From NCBI RefSeq assembly GCF_009914755.1, contig NC_060925.1: a stretch of DNA of 64,000 nucleotides, one strand, 5' to 3'. Made by a program: the position numbers and the translations under genes. Below the pieces are notes generated by a model. It had not been told where the DNA came from and searched no databases. It was given only the letters and a program-made list of their open reading frames with translations. The DNA is from the human T2T-CHM13v2.0 reference genome, Homo sapiens. This document shows, piece by piece, positions 62,862 to 64,000 of this stretch (positions are counted from its first letter, which is position 1; each line of letters begins with the position of its first letter).

Positions 62862-63054
62862 TTGGTTGACCTGACATTTGTAGCTCTGAGAACAAGGAGT
62901 GACATTTACACCTGAGACAGGTGTGTTCCTCAGCTGAGCTAACTCCGTGGCTATTCAAGGGTCACACTGCAGTGACACAACTGCCCCAGAAGTGCGTGAC
63001 TTTACAGGGGGCTGTGACCACCACATCTCCTTTCAGGCCTAGGCATCGGTGTAG

Positions 63055-63415
<361 letters not shown>

Positions 63416-63562
63416 CTAAGTGACCTTTTTTGTTGGTTCATTATTCCTTCATTCATTCATCAGGCACATATGTATTGAACATTCAGTGCTGCCCAGCACC
63501 ATGCTGGGTGCTACAGATAAGCAGCATCATTAACTCCTTTATTGCCAATATTCTAACCCAAG

Positions 63563-64000
<438 letters not shown>

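Overview
Primate genomic DNA, almost certainly human: it carries a near-consensus AluYa5. By eye there are about 90 Alu copies or fragments, roughly 35-40% of the window. The rest is old L1M, L2, MIR, MLT1 and hAT remnants, several solo LTRs (MLT2A, LTR10C, LTR8, LTR47) and an orphan ERV-L reverse-transcriptase fragment. I recognise no known protein-coding gene, tRNA or rRNA and could not place the locus. Nearly all supplied ORFs are Alu, L1 or simple-repeat translations. Unique DNA looks regulatory: a small CpG island with a consensus CTCF site at about 41.7 kb, a divergent CTCF site at 37.6 kb, and AP-1/CRE/STAT clusters. The most striking unexplained structure is a non-Alu inverted repeat (arms 18305-18483 and 18762-18951, about 90% identical). 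Its right arm coincides with a complete exon-like unit (branch point, pyrimidine tract, AG|GTGAGA, then a GTAAGC donor), and its left arm is an antisense copy about 280 bp upstream. Other leads are a spliced 129-aa microprotein candidate, minus-strand exon-like units, a 122-bp tandem duplication that doubles an AP-1 site, two long GGAA microsatellites and several Alu-mediated rearrangement scars. Repeat subfamily names come from remembered consensus sequences and need RepeatMasker/Dfam confirmation.
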